Origin: the human T2T-CHM13v2.0 reference genome, Homo sapiens
Reading direction: 5' to 3' (one strand)
Length of the DNA: 64,000 nucleotides
NCBI RefSeq assembly: GCF_009914755.1
Contig: NC_060936.1
The notes below the pieces were generated by a model, which was not told the origin of the DNA, made no database searches, and was given only the letters and a program-made list of their open reading frames with translations. The position numbers were made by a program, and so were the translations under genes. Of this stretch, positions 1 to 13,446 are shown piece by piece (the first letter of the stretch is position 1; each line of letters starts with the position of its first letter).

Positions 1-169
1 ATGATAACCCGTGAAGTAGTGTACTGGACTCATCTTAAGAAATCTGTTCAACCCTAACCACTTATCTCTGAAAACTACCCTTCTGCACTTATAGATAGGA
101 GTGAGTCTTTGGCAACGATGTTAGTATTTTTTATCTTATTGCTCAAAATAGACCAATGGTGAACACTTG

Positions 170-630
170 ACCTAAGGCTGACCAAATAGGCTCTATCCCC
201 TTGAGTTTGGAGTTGCAATTGAGAGATGTAAGTTTCTTGAACACTGGAGTATATAAAGTCAGAAACTGTGGAGTGGTATTTACATGGAAAAGGAATCGAA
301 TAATGTAAATTGACAGCAAAAAAGGGTTGCTGGAGATTATGCGGCCAGAGATGAGAGACAGAGATTTAAAAAGGGGCTTCCAAGATTCCAAGATTATGCC
401 ATTGCACTCCAGCCTGGGCAACAAGAGCAAAACTCCGTCTCAAAATAAATAAATAAAAAGGTGGAGGGGGCTTCTTGGATTTTAATGGCATTCTCGTTTC
501 TGCTTCCATTGACTCCTGAGGCCCAGCTACATTCGTGGACCACCCTATTAATATGGAAAATTCCTTTATTTAACTTAAACTAGCTAGTGTGGAATTTTGC
601 TTCTCCCAAGCAAGAGAAAGTTAATTAATA
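170..630 (+). mobile_element. Old ERVL/MaLR-type LTR remnant (LTR16/LTR33/MLT1-like), interrupted by an Alu fragment
   Basis: Motifs 'ctcctgaggcccagctacattc' and a 3'-end-like 'gctagtgtggaattttgcttctcccaagcaagagaaagttaattaata'; highly diverged, boundaries approximate. Confidence 0.4.
388..459 (+). mobile_element. Alu 3' fragment (AluS, Sp/Sq-like) with A-rich tail
   Basis: 'gccattgcactccagcctgggcaacaagagcaaaactccgtctcaaaataaataaataaaaa'. Confidence 0.9.
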
Positions 631-665
631 GATAGTATTACTATCCTTTTATTGAGAGAGATGCT

Positions 666-1000
666 GTATTCATTAGGGCCTGCTAAACTGATGTAACAAA
701 TAGGTCCCCTAAAGTTCAGTGACAATACATTCAAGAGATGTCTCAAGTTAGCAGGAGGCTCTTCTCTCCAGTGATTCAGGAAATCAGGCTTCTTTCAATT
801 TGTTTCTCTACCCTCCACTAGAGTCTGTCTTGGCATCTGAATTTAGCCTGTATTAAAAAAGGAAAATGGAGAAATGTTGGCTTTTAAAAGCTTTAGCCTC
901 AAAGTACCATCCGTTGCTTTTCTGTTCATGTTCTATTGGAAAGCATTGGTCAGATGGCCGCAATTAACTGCAAGAAAGATGGAGAGAGATAGTCTAGTCA
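666..1000 (-). mobile_element. MLT1 (J/K/L-like) MaLR LTR remnant
   Basis: 'tgtattcattaggg...tgtaacaaata' and 'cattggtcagatggccgcaattaactgcaag...tagtct' resemble reverse MLT1K. Confidence 0.6.
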
Positions 1001-1062
1001 GGACCTTGCAAAAGTGAAAGTAATGGTAATGATTAGCTAGCCACCTCTGTTAACAGATGTTC

Positions 1063-1151
1063 ACTAACTTGTTCAGTATAAGACAGCTAATACTGGCAGA
1101 GGTGGGGATTGAAACACAGATCTCTGACTCAGGAAGTTAAAATCTTAACCA
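1063..1151 (-). mobile_element. MIR SINE fragment
   Basis: 'aacttgttcagtataagacagctaatactggcagaggtggggattgaaacacagatctctgactc...tcttaacca'. Confidence 0.7.
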
Positions 1152-2051
1152 TTTTTTTCTACTATATTTTTATTTTACCAGATGGCTTCCATCTGTGTAA
1201 TTAGTTGACTTAAAATTCCACTAAACCTGTTAAATAGCCAGCTTAATCTTCTATCCTTGTTAATTTACTTTTAACTTAGATAATATCGGAAGAGAAACTC
1301 AGTACTCAAAGTATATTCAAAGGGGGTCAGTGACAAATTACACAAGAGCAGCTGAGACCTCATTAGGCTACTAACTGCAAAGCTCAGATGTATGACCACC
1401 TGCTAGGTTATTTAATAAAAAGTAGTAGCCAAAAATGTGTACCTTTATATCATCATTTACATGAGTACTTCTGATTGCTCAATAACATGAATTCATTTGT
1501 TTTTGCTATATTAACATAAAACAATTAAGTGGTAGTGAATAATTAACTTAATTTGCAGTTAATTGACCTAAAATACAAATCGACTCTGAATATATTCTGG
1601 CATTCTTGATGTTTGTCCTGTTACTTTTTCTGGGTTCTTTGGTGATGTATTGGTGGGATGGCCAAGCCAGAGTCTGCCACTAAACCTACAGGAATGGGGT
1701 GTGGGTTGAGCATATAGTTATAGTAGGGGTGGAGGTGGAGATAGCCTGCCTGAAAAAGAAGCTTACTTACACAGACATTCTGTTAGAGTCAGTTGGGGTG
1801 GGATCCCACAATCTACAAGTCATCTAAATTTATCGTTGAGGCAAAATAGTTGGCTTAGAGGTTCCAAGATAAAGAAATGGACCAGGAAGAAAAGAATTAT
1901 GGGTAATCCAGATTGGTATACTGGAGCTGGTTCTATCTGCTAGTGTGAAGCCGACAGTGTATATCACTTTCAACTCTGCATTCAGTAATAATACATTGGT
2001 AGCTCGAAGCTGGCCATGGTACAAATATTTACTTTATCAAATTGTTATATA

Positions 2052-2346
2052 CAGTTGGCCCTCTGTATCCACGGTTCCACATCTAAGGATTCAACAAACT
2101 GAGAATCACAAATATTTGGGAAAAAATACCAAATAATACAATAAAAAATGCAAATAAAAAACAATATAGCATAATGACTACTTACTGTGTTAGTTGTAAA
2201 CTAGAGATTTAAAGTATATTGGGAGGATGTGCATAAGTTGTGTGCAAACATTATACCATTTTACATAAGGCACTGAGCATCTATGGAATTTAGGATTGAT
2301 GGGGAGGTTTTGGAACCAATCTTCCACAGATATCGAGGAACGACTG
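2052..2346 (-). mobile_element. MER2 (TcMar-Tigger MITE)
   Basis: Terminal inverted repeats 'cagttggccctctgtatc' and 'gatatcgaggaacgactg', TA at the left end, MER2-like interior. Confidence 0.85.
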
Positions 2347-5300
2347 CCCTACAAATCATGGTGCTCTCTGTCCTCCCCTAACCAGAAAGCTAATTGTATA
2401 ACATTTACCTGCATATCACTGGTAGTGTCTGTTATACAGGTAGACTAGTAGTAACCATCTGAAAAGGTTGTTCCTAGGTTGTATTCTTACTGCCACTGGC
2501 TAGCATTCAGAGATATATTTGCTGATTTTAGAGTAAAGGCCTCACAAAAACAGGTAAGTCTCAGTTGGTGCTTATTAGCATAAGAACTGGCAATCCTTCT
2601 GGTAATAGACATTTTTATGTAACAACTGGGAAAGGATGACTTGTGAACCCTATAGTCAGAATGTGTAGGTGGTAGAATAGTGGGTAATATTTATGAGTGG
2701 ACTCTACAGAGGTCTCACAGTTTATGCTATTATCAGAAGGTAAAGATGATTTAATAATAAATTCCACTTTATGTATTACTTAGGAAGGATGGGGAGAAAG
2801 GAAGTCCACCTGCAGAGAAGATGAGAAAACACAGAACAGGGTTATATATGTGTGATTTTAGATCTTCCCCTCTGTTGTCTCAGTGGCACCTTATGGATCT
2901 ATTTTTTCCCCGTCATTTATCAGCTTGCAACAGCAGATACAGTTCACTATTCAGAAGCAGAAACTAAAAATCCAATAAAGAAATGATAGAAATATAAGTC
3001 AGATTTGGATGCAAATTGGCTCTCATTGAATAAACCTAAAGCTAGGGGATGCAACTCATAGAGGAGAAAAATGACTGGGGGAGCTTCAGTTCTCCAAACA
3101 TATGTGGGAGGCAAGGGGGAGGTCATAGTGAATACCACTGGCCATCTTATCATCTGAAGGTCTGGGCACCACTTGTTCTCTGATTAGACTGTGGGATGTG
3201 GCTGATTTGTATGGCTATATGGTGACATGAAATAGCCTTGTCCTGATTACAGAGCCAGCTGGAGGAAAAACAAATCCTCTATGTGTTGAATCAGCATTAT
3301 CCCCATTGGTTTTTGGGACCCTTCCATGATACGTAGATATAGCCTTGCCATGAATCAGATAAAATCTGTCAATCCTGTCTCTTTCTGTTTACATTTTTAT
3401 CTTTTTTGTAAATGATTTACCCATCTACTTACCTTTCAAGGTAGTAAATCCCAAGTTAAACCTGAATTACTTCACAGGCATGATAGCACTCCTATGCTAA
3501 AGTGAAGTATATCTCTCTTGCCCCTCTAGCATCATTCAGGATAAACCCTAGAGTAAGAGAATAATAATACAGAGAGATGAAGATGAATTTATAGGTTTTT
3601 GGTGGCATAAATAATGACCATCTGCGAATAGGATTTATCAGACCTGGAAAACTTCAATAAGATCATATTGGACATGGGTACTCAGGATGGCTGTACCAGG
3701 AGGAGTGGTTTCCCTTCAACTATCTGCTTTATGTGCTAGCCTGTTGATAGGAAGCAAGTTTGTTGAGAACTAGTCTGGATCCCCAAAAAAGTTATCAGTT
3801 TTCCTTTTGATGCATCCTTTAAAAAAGAATTGTTTTCTTCGTTGAAGGAGGGCCTGATGGTAGATAACTTGAGGAGTTGGAGAATATTTCCAGTCAGACT
3901 GATGGATGCACCTCAACATCAGGATACATACTTTGAGAAGTTACTTCCTATTTTACTAGAAGAAATTGTGATCAAAAGCTGGGATTGTTTTCAGAAAAAC
4001 CTTATCCTGGCTTTAGGTCAGAGGCCTTTGAACCATGACTCAGGTATCTGATTGAGTTGTTACTCAACAAAGAAATATCAGAGACAGAAAGCACTATATT
4101 TGAGCACTCCAGGCCAGACCTAAGCATATTAAAACAAACAAGTCAGTGACTGTGGAAGAATGTGTAAGTGTCCTCAGGTAGGCTTTTTGCTGAGTAAAAA
4201 GCTGGAGGGTAGTTCTAGCTAATTTTAAAAATTATTTCCCAGAATGCTAGGAGAAAATGTCTTTACAACCTGAAACATTATGGAATCTGGAAATGAGTTT
4301 ATTTTTTTTTGGATAAGTTTCAGGCTTAAGCTTTTCCAAGAGAATTGCTCTGTCTAAGTGAAATTAGAGTATTGCTCCTCCTCCCCGCCACAACTTCTTT
4401 TATTTTTTAAAGCTGATCAAGGAAGGAGAGAAGGCAGAAATTGAAAGATGTAAGAGTAAAATGAAAAAAAAAATGCCTAGAAGCGTTCCTGAAAATGACA
4501 CTGGCCAAGGCTCAAACTCACTAGTGCCAGTGAGAATATATCAAAACAGATACAAATTTCAATGATATTTTTATAAGCCTTCAGATAGCCTAGGAGAGAT
4601 ACTGGAGGAATGCCACCTTGATCAGTTGTCATGGCCCCAGGTGGTGAAGCAGTGTGGTGACAAGGAGGAATCTGTGGTCTCAGATAGCAGGATTAGTTCT
4701 TTGAAAAACATAAGAGACACCTCCTGGTTTAGATTTTGCCTTTTCTTTCCTTCCATGCTTACATTTCTCTCATATATATTTTTCCTTCATTCTTTTTTAT
4801 TTTTGCTTAGGTTCTGGAACTTATCCATATTTAGGTAATGGTATCATTTAATCATTTAATTGGAATTTCCTTAATGGATAATAGCAGCATTCAGTAGGTA
4901 GAAACTGCCACACGTATATGCTCAGACTTGGAAAGAGTTCAGAAAGTGCAGACACTGATTGCAGTGAATTCCAATGTTATTTTTAAAGCGCTGGCTAAAC
5001 ACTATCAGCAGCAGGAAGGCACCCAATAACTGGATGCCCTCCCTTTTCACATTCTGTGTAGTAAAGCAAGAGAGGCAGAGCAGTACTATGGACTAGTACT
5101 TATCTGCTGTTTCTCTCTCTCAAAAGTGGTAACTTGACTAGTCCCTCTATCAAAGCCTAAAAGCTTTGATTTGGGAGTCTCCTCAATACATTCAGAGTAG
5201 AAGGAATATCTATGGAAGAAATTCCAAACCAAAAGATGGGTCTTCTTCCATGGAGGACATACAGGATAGGGTTAGTTTTAGGAACTTGCCACCGTGTCAT

Positions 5301-5367
5301 TCCTTGGATTCTTAGTATGCACTAGCCAGTCTGTTGCTGCCTCCTTACCTTTTAGAATCTTCTTACA

Positions 5368-5603
5368 CAGATGGTTCTTGATATATAATTGTTCAACTTA
5401 TAATTTTTTTGACTTTAGGATGAATTTATCCAGATGATATCCCATCATAAGTTGAGGAGCATCTGAACTTACAATGATTCAACTTAAAATTTTTAAACTT
5501 TATCATGGGTTTATCAGTTGTATTTAATTAACTTTTGACTTATATTTTCAACTTATGGTGAGTTTATTCAGATGTAACCCCATCATAAGTTGAGGAGTAT
5601 CTG
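5368..5603 (-). mobile_element. MER47-family (Tigger) MITE with a repeated terminus
   Basis: Ends 'cagatggttcttga' and 'cccatcataagttgaggagtatctg'; the latter also occurs at 5441-5465. Confidence 0.75.
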
Positions 5604-5829
5604 ATTTTGTTGTATATGTAATGTTGGGAGTTTTTAGAATTGCTTAGGAGTAGGAATGAAAAAAAGGTATGTCTATTTATCTTCCCGGAAGCAGAAACAC
5701 AGTTTTTTTTCTTTTAAATACATTTACATAATGAAAAAATTACGTATTTTTACCTACATAGTATTTGTGATGATCTTCAATATATTGTTTATGTATAGAC
5801 ATTGTCAATTTCACCCTTTTTGTGTTGGA

Positions 5830-6530
5830 ATTTTCTGTTCTGAAAAGTATTCTTGAGCTTTGTTCTGGAACATAGTTGAGCTAATGGAACACTGTTTGAT
5901 CCTTTTAGGTATTGCTTCTAAAATTGTTAGATGAAACCCAGAGCAGTGTTTATTCTATGGCTAATTTTCTTTTCTTTTCTTTTTTTTTTTTGTTGGTTTG
6001 TTTTGCTACTGATGTAAGATCTTTCTGAATACTCTACCCAATGCCCTCTGAATTAAAGGTTTTTAATTCTGGCTGAGGGACAAGCACTATTCCTGTCTCC
6101 ATGTGTGCTTTGAGAATGTTTTATCTAATCCTTCTGGGTAGTTCTTTCCTGAATTGGGGTTATTTCCTCACCCACGAGCTGCTCAGTACTCTGCTAAATA
6201 TTGCAGGGGAGCTGCCACAGTTCTCTGAGGTTCTTATTCTGTATAACTCCTCACCGGTCCTCTCCCCTGTGAATTCTAGTCATTTTGGTCTCCTCGACTC
6301 TTAGCTCCATTTCCTCAGTTCAGGAAGATGGTGGGGCCTTGTAGGGGTTTTCCTTGTCTGTATCATTGCCTAAAATGTCTCCTAAGATGGTAAGAAGGTC
6401 CAGTCCTGGGGCTACCTCATTTGTTTCCTGTCTCTCAGAGATCACTGTCTTTGTTGCTTGATATCCAAAGTCTTTAAAAATCTGTTTCTTACATTTTAGT
6501 TGTTTTCTTCGTGTGATTTTAGGCAGGAAA
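5830..6530 (-). mobile_element. Old L1M (L1MC/L1ME-type) 5'-region fragment
   Basis: 'ttcttgagctttgttctggaacatagttgagc', 'ctgaatactctacccaatgccc' and 'ctcagagatcactgtc' are typical of antisense old L1 5' ends. Confidence 0.5.
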
Positions 6531-6599
6531 CCTCTGTAAATATTTAGAAAGATATTTCAGAATTTGGGTTTTGGGGAATTAGATATAGGTGTGAAAATG

Positions 6600-6766
6600 A
6601 GCACTGTCCTTCAGTGCATGATCTTGAACAGTGTACTCAATATTTTCAGCTGAGATTTCAATTGTTAAAGATTAGTATCTTTTATATAATGTGGTAGTGA
6701 ATATTGAGATGCTTTAGCATAGTGCCTAGCATGTCATGAGTGCTAAATTAGTGATATCTATTATTA
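6600..6766 (+). mobile_element. MIR fragment
   Basis: 'tgatcttgaacag...gctttagcatagtgcctagcatgtcatgagtgctaaatt...ctattatt'. Confidence 0.55.
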
Positions 6767-8875
6767 AGCATTGCTTTGTAGCTTCTTTCATACAGCGTAG
6801 CACAGATAGACACACTGTCCACAGTACCTGGAACAGGTAGTGCCAGATAGGTTTGATAGTGTCCATTGGAAGCTGTAGTTAGGAGTAATTAGTACCCCAT
6901 AGAACTTTGATGGTTGCTGGACTAGAGGGCATAGAGAAGAAATAGTGGTTTCCGGAAGAGGTAATATTGCCTAGGGGGAACAACTCTACTTGAAGGATTT
7001 GCAGTGTACAAAGAAATGCCAAGTAGAGACTTTTCTGGATTTGTATGCAAGATGGCCTCAGCCATCTCTTAGGGATTCACTACAGTTGGATGTGGAATAA
7101 ACTAGAGAGGACTGAGAGCCCTGCTTTGGTGTATGGAGGGAACAAACAATGAACAGAGCTTATTACTCATAATCCTGATATTAAAGTTTGGGCTTGTGTG
7201 GCTAGGAATATCAGCTACTTAGGCAATTGGCACATAGTTGGTCATTAAGCACTTACAAAAAAAGAAGAATAATCTTTCCAATTAAATTTTGGAAAAGAGT
7301 TATCCTAGAGATGAAAGTTAGGTGAATTGAAGAAATAGATTATAAAACCGAGAAAGTCTGAAAATATAGACCTAGGGTTGGTAAGTATTGAAACACAACA
7401 CAACTTTATATTCATGTAATTGAGATGCACAGAAACATTCTTCTCAGTAATATTGAACGGTGGAAAATTTTGCTTGTTTCATTGATTTGAAGGCAAGGGT
7501 CCTTCACCTTCACTATACCAGCTAATATGGAAACACATAATATAGCCATAGAGTAATTATTTTAAGTACTGCCACTGCTTCTACATAACAGCCTCTGGAG
7601 AGAAACTATAAAAGTAGATTACTTCTAAAAGCACCCTTCTAAATGTAAACCTTGCTAAAAGAAATGTGTATCATTAGTGAAAGATAACAATGGTTTTCTT
7701 ATGGTTTAGCTTTCCTTTTACTGTTGAGCTATCCCTTTCGGTTACCTATACCACATATGTATTCATGTATGCAGTTGTGTGCTGATGCTTTACGGATACA
7801 TACACCAATATGGTCCAGAATGCTAAAATAATTAGTGGCATTATTATTAACCAAATTAGCCCCCAAACATATTGTTTTGAAAATAATATTTGACCAGGCT
7901 ATTTACCAGAATTCTTTCAAAGTGAATATTGATTGTGACCATTTACATTTTGCATAATAGCCACAAATTATGAGTGATGGTTATGATGTCCAGATAAACT
8001 CTTGCCACTTCAAAGATACTTTGTGTTTTTATCTCAGAACAATTTTTTTAGGGAAAAATTAGAAATTCTACTTGAAGCCAAAAATAGAGACTCAGGAAAA
8101 TTAAGTAACTTGTCTACACTCACATAGTGATGTAGCAAGCATTTATACCTATATTTAAATTTTGTATATAGGTGATTAGTTTTACATTTTTATTGCTAAC
8201 CGTTAATGTAAATAAATCCAGATATGTCTTTTATAATTACATTACATTGTCCTGATTGCCAATATCTTCCCCTCTTTTGAGCAAAATAACTTCATCTTGA
8301 CTTGTGGTCCAAATGACAACTGACAGATTTACTATGGAATTTGCTTTCCGGCCACAGCAATGGATTGAGGTGTCCACTAACCCAAGTGCAGCCAGTCATA
8401 TTCCTTCCCTGAGAAAATTAGAACTACTGATAAAGGAAGAGCATCTTTAGCTCTGTCACTAATGTGTGCAAATTTAAGCTCAGTAGTTGGTTGTCATCCC
8501 CTCTGACTGGCAAGAGATATTTTTTTAGCAGCACGAGAAAATTAAGCCAACATGCAAAGAAATGCAAAGATGAGAATGAAACAGACATTCATTGGATGGT
8601 TCCAGAGCCTGAAGTCTGCAAAATTGCCCTGGGCCCTGCCTTTCCAAGAATCCAATTTTGCAGATACGATAACCAAATCATTACATACTAGATACAATTT
8701 TATTTTGATCTTTGATATTATGTAAAGGTTTTAATTATTTATTTGTTTCAATTTGTCTGTTTTTCTAGCTTGTTTGAAGAATTGGTCTTCTCTTTATGAA
8801 TAATGATTTGTAATTTTCCTTTTTCATGTATGAAGTTCATGTATATACTCTATTCATATGCCAAAGTGGATAATT

Positions 8876-9706
8876 ATTCTTAACTTTTAGTTTAAGTTCA
8901 GGGGTACAAGCACATGTTTGTTACATAGGTAAACTTGTGTCATGGGGGTTTCTAGTACAGAAGATTTCATCATCCAGGTATGAAGTCTAGTTCCCATTAG
9001 TTGTTTTTCCTGATCATCTCCCTCCTCCCACCCTCCACCCTCTGAAAGGCCCATGAGTATGGTTCCCCTCTACGTGTTCATGTATTCTCATTTAGCTCCC
9101 ACTTATAAGTAAGAACATGTGGCATTTGTTTTTCTGTTCCTGCATTATTTGGCTAAGGGCGATGACCTCCAGCTCCATCCATGTCCCTGCAATGGACATG
9201 ATGTCATTCTTTTTTATGGCTGCATAGTATTCCATGGTGTATATGTACCATCTTTTCTTTATCCAGTGTATCACTGATGGACATTTAGGTTGATTCCATG
9301 CCTTTGCTATTACGAATAGTGCTGCAATGAACATACCTGTGCATGTGTCTTTATAATAGAATGATTCATATTCCTTTGGGTATATACCCAGAAAGGGATT
9401 GCTGAGTTGAATGGTATTTCTGTCTTTAGGTCTTTGAGGAATCACCACACTGTCATTCACAATGGCTGAACTAATTTACACTCCTAGTAATAGTATATAA
9501 GCATTCCTTTCTCTCCACAACCTCACCAGCATCTATTATTTTTTCTTTTGTTTTTTTAAATAGTAGCCATTCTGACTGGTGTGAGACGGTATCATTGTGG
9601 TTTTGATTTGCATTTTTGTAATCAGCGATGTTGAGCTTTTTTTCATATGCTTCTTGGCCACATATATGTCTTCTTTTGAAAAGTGACTGTTCATATTCTT
9701 TGCCCA
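8876..9706 (-). mobile_element. 5'-truncated L1PA (older, about L1PA13-16): ORF2 end plus 3'UTR
   Basis: ORF 9092-9460 is the L1 ORF2 C-terminus (GIYPKEY..MFIAALF..WNQPKCPS..EYYAAIKK); 14-bp TSD caaagtggataatt at 8862-8875 and 9707-9720 followed by a TTTT/AA endonuclease site. Confidence 0.95.
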
Positions 9707-11928
9707 CAAAGTGGATAATTTTAAAACTACTTTATACCAAAAGGGAAGACAATGATGAAGGATCATCTCAAGGTACAGAATGAATCACATCATTGCCCTC
9801 CACTAGAGAATGATGATGGTGATGTTTACAAGGTTTATAAGGACACCGAGAGACTAATTTTGAAAGACAATATTAGAATTGGGTATTGGACAATTGAGCA
9901 GGTCAAGGAATGGAAATTAATAGAAGCTGAAATATTTTGTGTAGATCTCAGACTTTGAAATTTATAATGAAACTCATCTCATTTTCTGTTTTTAGGTCTT
10001 GGGTTTACTGTGTTTTTTAGAGACAGTCCATGGACATTTTATTTGTTTGATGGAAGAACGTCTGAATTGCTTAAGAATGATGGTTGATGTACTTGTCTCT
10101 CTCTTTAGGATTTTTCTGTACAGTTAAAATGTAATCTGTTATTTCATTCTAGAACTAGTGGTGATAAGAGATAACACTTGTGCAAAAAATTGCAGAGTAT
10201 ATTTATGACATGATTTCCTACTTCATTTAAACCTTTGTATGAATCATATAATTTCCTCATCTCCATTTTTCCTATTTTTAAATGTGATTACGGTGATTAC
10301 CTAAGACCATTAGTGGGATGCAGAAAAACACATTTAAAAGAAATTGATAATTAAGACATATTCTTACATGCACTACAAACTAATGCTTTTAGTACTATGA
10401 CTAGAGGTTGATAAATAGGAAAACACATTTAGAAATAACCAGTAATACAGTACAATCTTAAATTAAGAACTGACAGATAAATCATACATCACAAAAATTT
10501 ACTAAATAACATGTTCTGTTATCTAATATCCTTAATATGTTTTTACCTATATATAAAGGGCATGAAGCTGCTATGTGTAGGTGCCTCTCCTTTTTCTCCT
10601 GATAAACTTTGTAGTTTCAGAGTTGTCAGAACTTATTCCTCTAAAAATCTGTTATTAGCAAATATATTCCTTCATTTATTCCTTAATACTTTCCTTTATT
10701 CCTTTATTCAAGACAATTAATTTTTTATGCATCAACTACTATTTTAAACTCTGAATCAAGGTGTGTTAGATTTTACATCTGAATAAAGGGTTTCAAAATA
10801 CATTTACTCTGAAATGTAATTATCCTAAACTTTTCTGTATTTGAATAAAAAAGACTCCTCTAAAATTTATTTTCATTGTTCTTTAGGATAACAGGAAATA
10901 TTTTTCTTTCCTTAAAAATATTAAAATTTCAGATTGCTAAAGCATGCTAACATTTTTGTGAAACATATAGTTGAGGTAAAAAAAATCCTGTAGGAAGATA
11001 TAACTTTAGTCAATATAAAATTGAATCTATAACTTTCTTTGTCAATAAATGTTCTAAATGTCTTTAGCAAGATAATATTTTGTGGCTCATATCAGAATAG
11101 GTAGAAAAGTGCACTTAACAGTATTCCAATCCACAGGGTTACTTTTGTCAGCACAATACAAGTGGAAGTTGATCAGCAATTTTGAGGATTCATATAGAAC
11201 TATGATCACATAGACTTGGTTGTTACCAGACGTCTAGGTACTCAAAGGCCTCTAATTTATAAAAAAGATATGATTTTTAGCACATGTACATCAGAGACCA
11301 TTCTAAGTTAATGTTTATAAAGCTAACCGTGTTTAGGTGACCAAAAGCTGTAGGAAATCATGTTAGGAGAAAATGAGGCAATTTTATCTAGATGATGGTA
11401 AATCAACATTTTAACAATTGTTCTTGATTCTTATGGTAAACTATAATAATAGTTTCTAAATGGAGTCATTTACTTGTCTAAGTAGCAAAGTCCTTCAAAC
11501 CAGCATAGAAAGATCATAGCTTCCTAAGTTATTTAGTTTTCAGAATTCAACTTTTATATCAATACAACAAATTCAACTGAATCTGTTGACAAGTTAAGGA
11601 GAATGACGGCTTTGGAGAATGTCAGATTTGTTTTGTAGCAGGAATACCACTGTAGATTTTCTCTGCCTTAGAGGGCTTTAGTGAAGCAGAGTAAAACCCA
11701 TAAGACCTGAAATAGACAGTCAAATTCACTATAATAAAAACACAATAAATACTTTGACGTATGTTGAGATGCAAAAAGCTACTGATATGTTTTCATATTA
11801 AGATGATAATGAAAACTAACAACAATATGTTTTTGTTAAAAATACTTACAGGCAAAATGTGGATTTAGCTATGCATATCATTTATGATTCCTTTCATAAA
11901 AAACACCTTAGTGAACCTTTTGCCTTGC

Positions 11929-12295
11929 TGATATGGTTTGACTGTATCCCCACCCAAATCTCATCTTGAATTGTAACTCCCACAATTCCCATTAGTTGTG
12001 AGAGGAACCTGTGGGAGGTGATTGAATTATGGGGGCAGGTCTTTCCTGCAGTGTTCTCCTGATAGTGAATAAGTCTTATGGGATCTGATGGTTTTAAAAC
12101 TGGAGTTTCCCTGCACAAACTCTTTGCCTGCCGTCATCCACGTAAGACATGACTTGCTCCTTGCCTTTCACCTTCTGCCATGATTGTGAGGCCTCCCCAG
12201 CCACATGGAAGTGTAAGTCTAATAAACCTCTTTCTTTTGTAAATTGCCCAGTCTAGGGTATGTCTTTATCAGCAGTGTGAAAATGGACTAATACA
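11929..12295 (+). mobile_element. THE1B solo LTR (ERVL-MaLR)
   Basis: tgatatggtttg...ggactaataca; perfect 5-bp TSD CTTGC at 11924-11928 and 12296-12300. Confidence 0.93.
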
Positions 12296-12654
12296 CTTGC
12301 TTAAAATATAATTCAACAAAAAGTTTAAATGGTTAAAGAATTCTCTCAGTAATTATTCCCTGAAAGCTTATTATGTATGGGACACAGTGTTATATTCTGT
12401 GGAGTATATACAGTCTGTTGAGCCTGGACCTTGCCTTAAGGAGAGCTTTATTTCCTTAGTGAATTTACCAACCTCACCTCGGTTCTCTGAAAATATGCTG
12501 ATTTATGTCTGGTAGGCACTAATTGCTCATGGTGACTCTTGAATATTCATGTACTTTGCTCTCAGTAATTGAGTTATATGCTTACTAAAAATCGGCTAAG
12601 AAAGTTCCAAAATCAGCTGTATTTTCTTTAGTAATAAGGTAATTTAATTACACT

Positions 12655-13201
12655 CTGTTTTGGGTCCCCAGGATTGCTTCCTAGTCCAATGATTTGCTAG
12701 AAGACTCAGTATAAATAGTTGTAATCACAACTAAGATTTATTATAGAGAAAGGATACAAAGCAAAGTCAGCAAGAGAAGAAGCTGCCAAGTGCAAAGTTA
12801 GGAGAAAATCAAGCACAAGCTTCCAAGAGTTCTCTCCCAGTGGTGTCACACAGGGAGGATGCACTTAACTTCTCTAGCAACTAGTTGTGACAATCGGCAT
12901 AAAATGTTGTCTTCCAGGGAAGCTCATATGAGCCTAGGAATCCAAGGTTTTTATGGAGGGTCAGTCATATTGGTACTCTGTCTAGTTTGTACCAAAACTC
13001 CTGACTGCAAGAGGAGAGCAGGTATCCATCATAAATGGCATTGTTTGTACAATTTAGGCACAGCAAGCCACTTTTATCATTTAGGGACAACTTTATACCA
13101 GTTTAGAAACCTGTTTGGCAGTCAAGTTCCCTAATATCAACAAGGGCCAACTTTTCAAGCCAACCTTTCTCAGGCCTGCTATATCAAGTGTTTTCTGCAC
13201 A
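12655..13201 (-). mobile_element. MER68-like ERVL solo LTR
   Basis: End 'caggcctgctatatcaagtgttttctgcaca' is the reverse of the tgtgcagaaaa start; interior 'gatttattatagagaaaggatacaaagcaaa', 'caagcttccaagagttctctcccagtgg'. Confidence 0.7.
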
Positions 13202-13347
13202 TACCTAAACCAGTAAAATACTAATGTGTAAGAGAGAGCAAGCAAGGAAGTTATTTTTATGAAAATCAACTTTAATATTTTGAAGAGACTTGGTTAAGGC
13301 AATTTGTTTTAAAAATTGTAATTGAATTAGACATGTGCTAGACAATT

Positions 13348-13446
13348 ACTTATTCAACTTTCAGGTTTACAAGAACCACTTGGATGTTGTTAAAGTGTGG
13401 ATTCACATTGAATTAATTCTGGTATAGGGCTTTAGACTGTATTTCT
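13348..13446. mobile_element. MER5 (hAT-Charlie MITE), left part, split by an L1MA insertion
   Basis: 'ttattcaactttcaggtttacaagaaccacttggatgttgttaaag...agactgtatttct'; continues at 15053. Confidence 0.6.

Noticed and set aside
2400-4700. Unassigned stretch that might be an ancient retroelement interior
   Set aside because: I could not find RT, integrase or gag motifs by eye; a profile-HMM search is needed.
5368-5603. Internal repeats that look like an array
   Set aside because: Explained by the subterminal repeats of a MER47/Tigger MITE; not CRISPR-like, and the DNA is eukaryotic.
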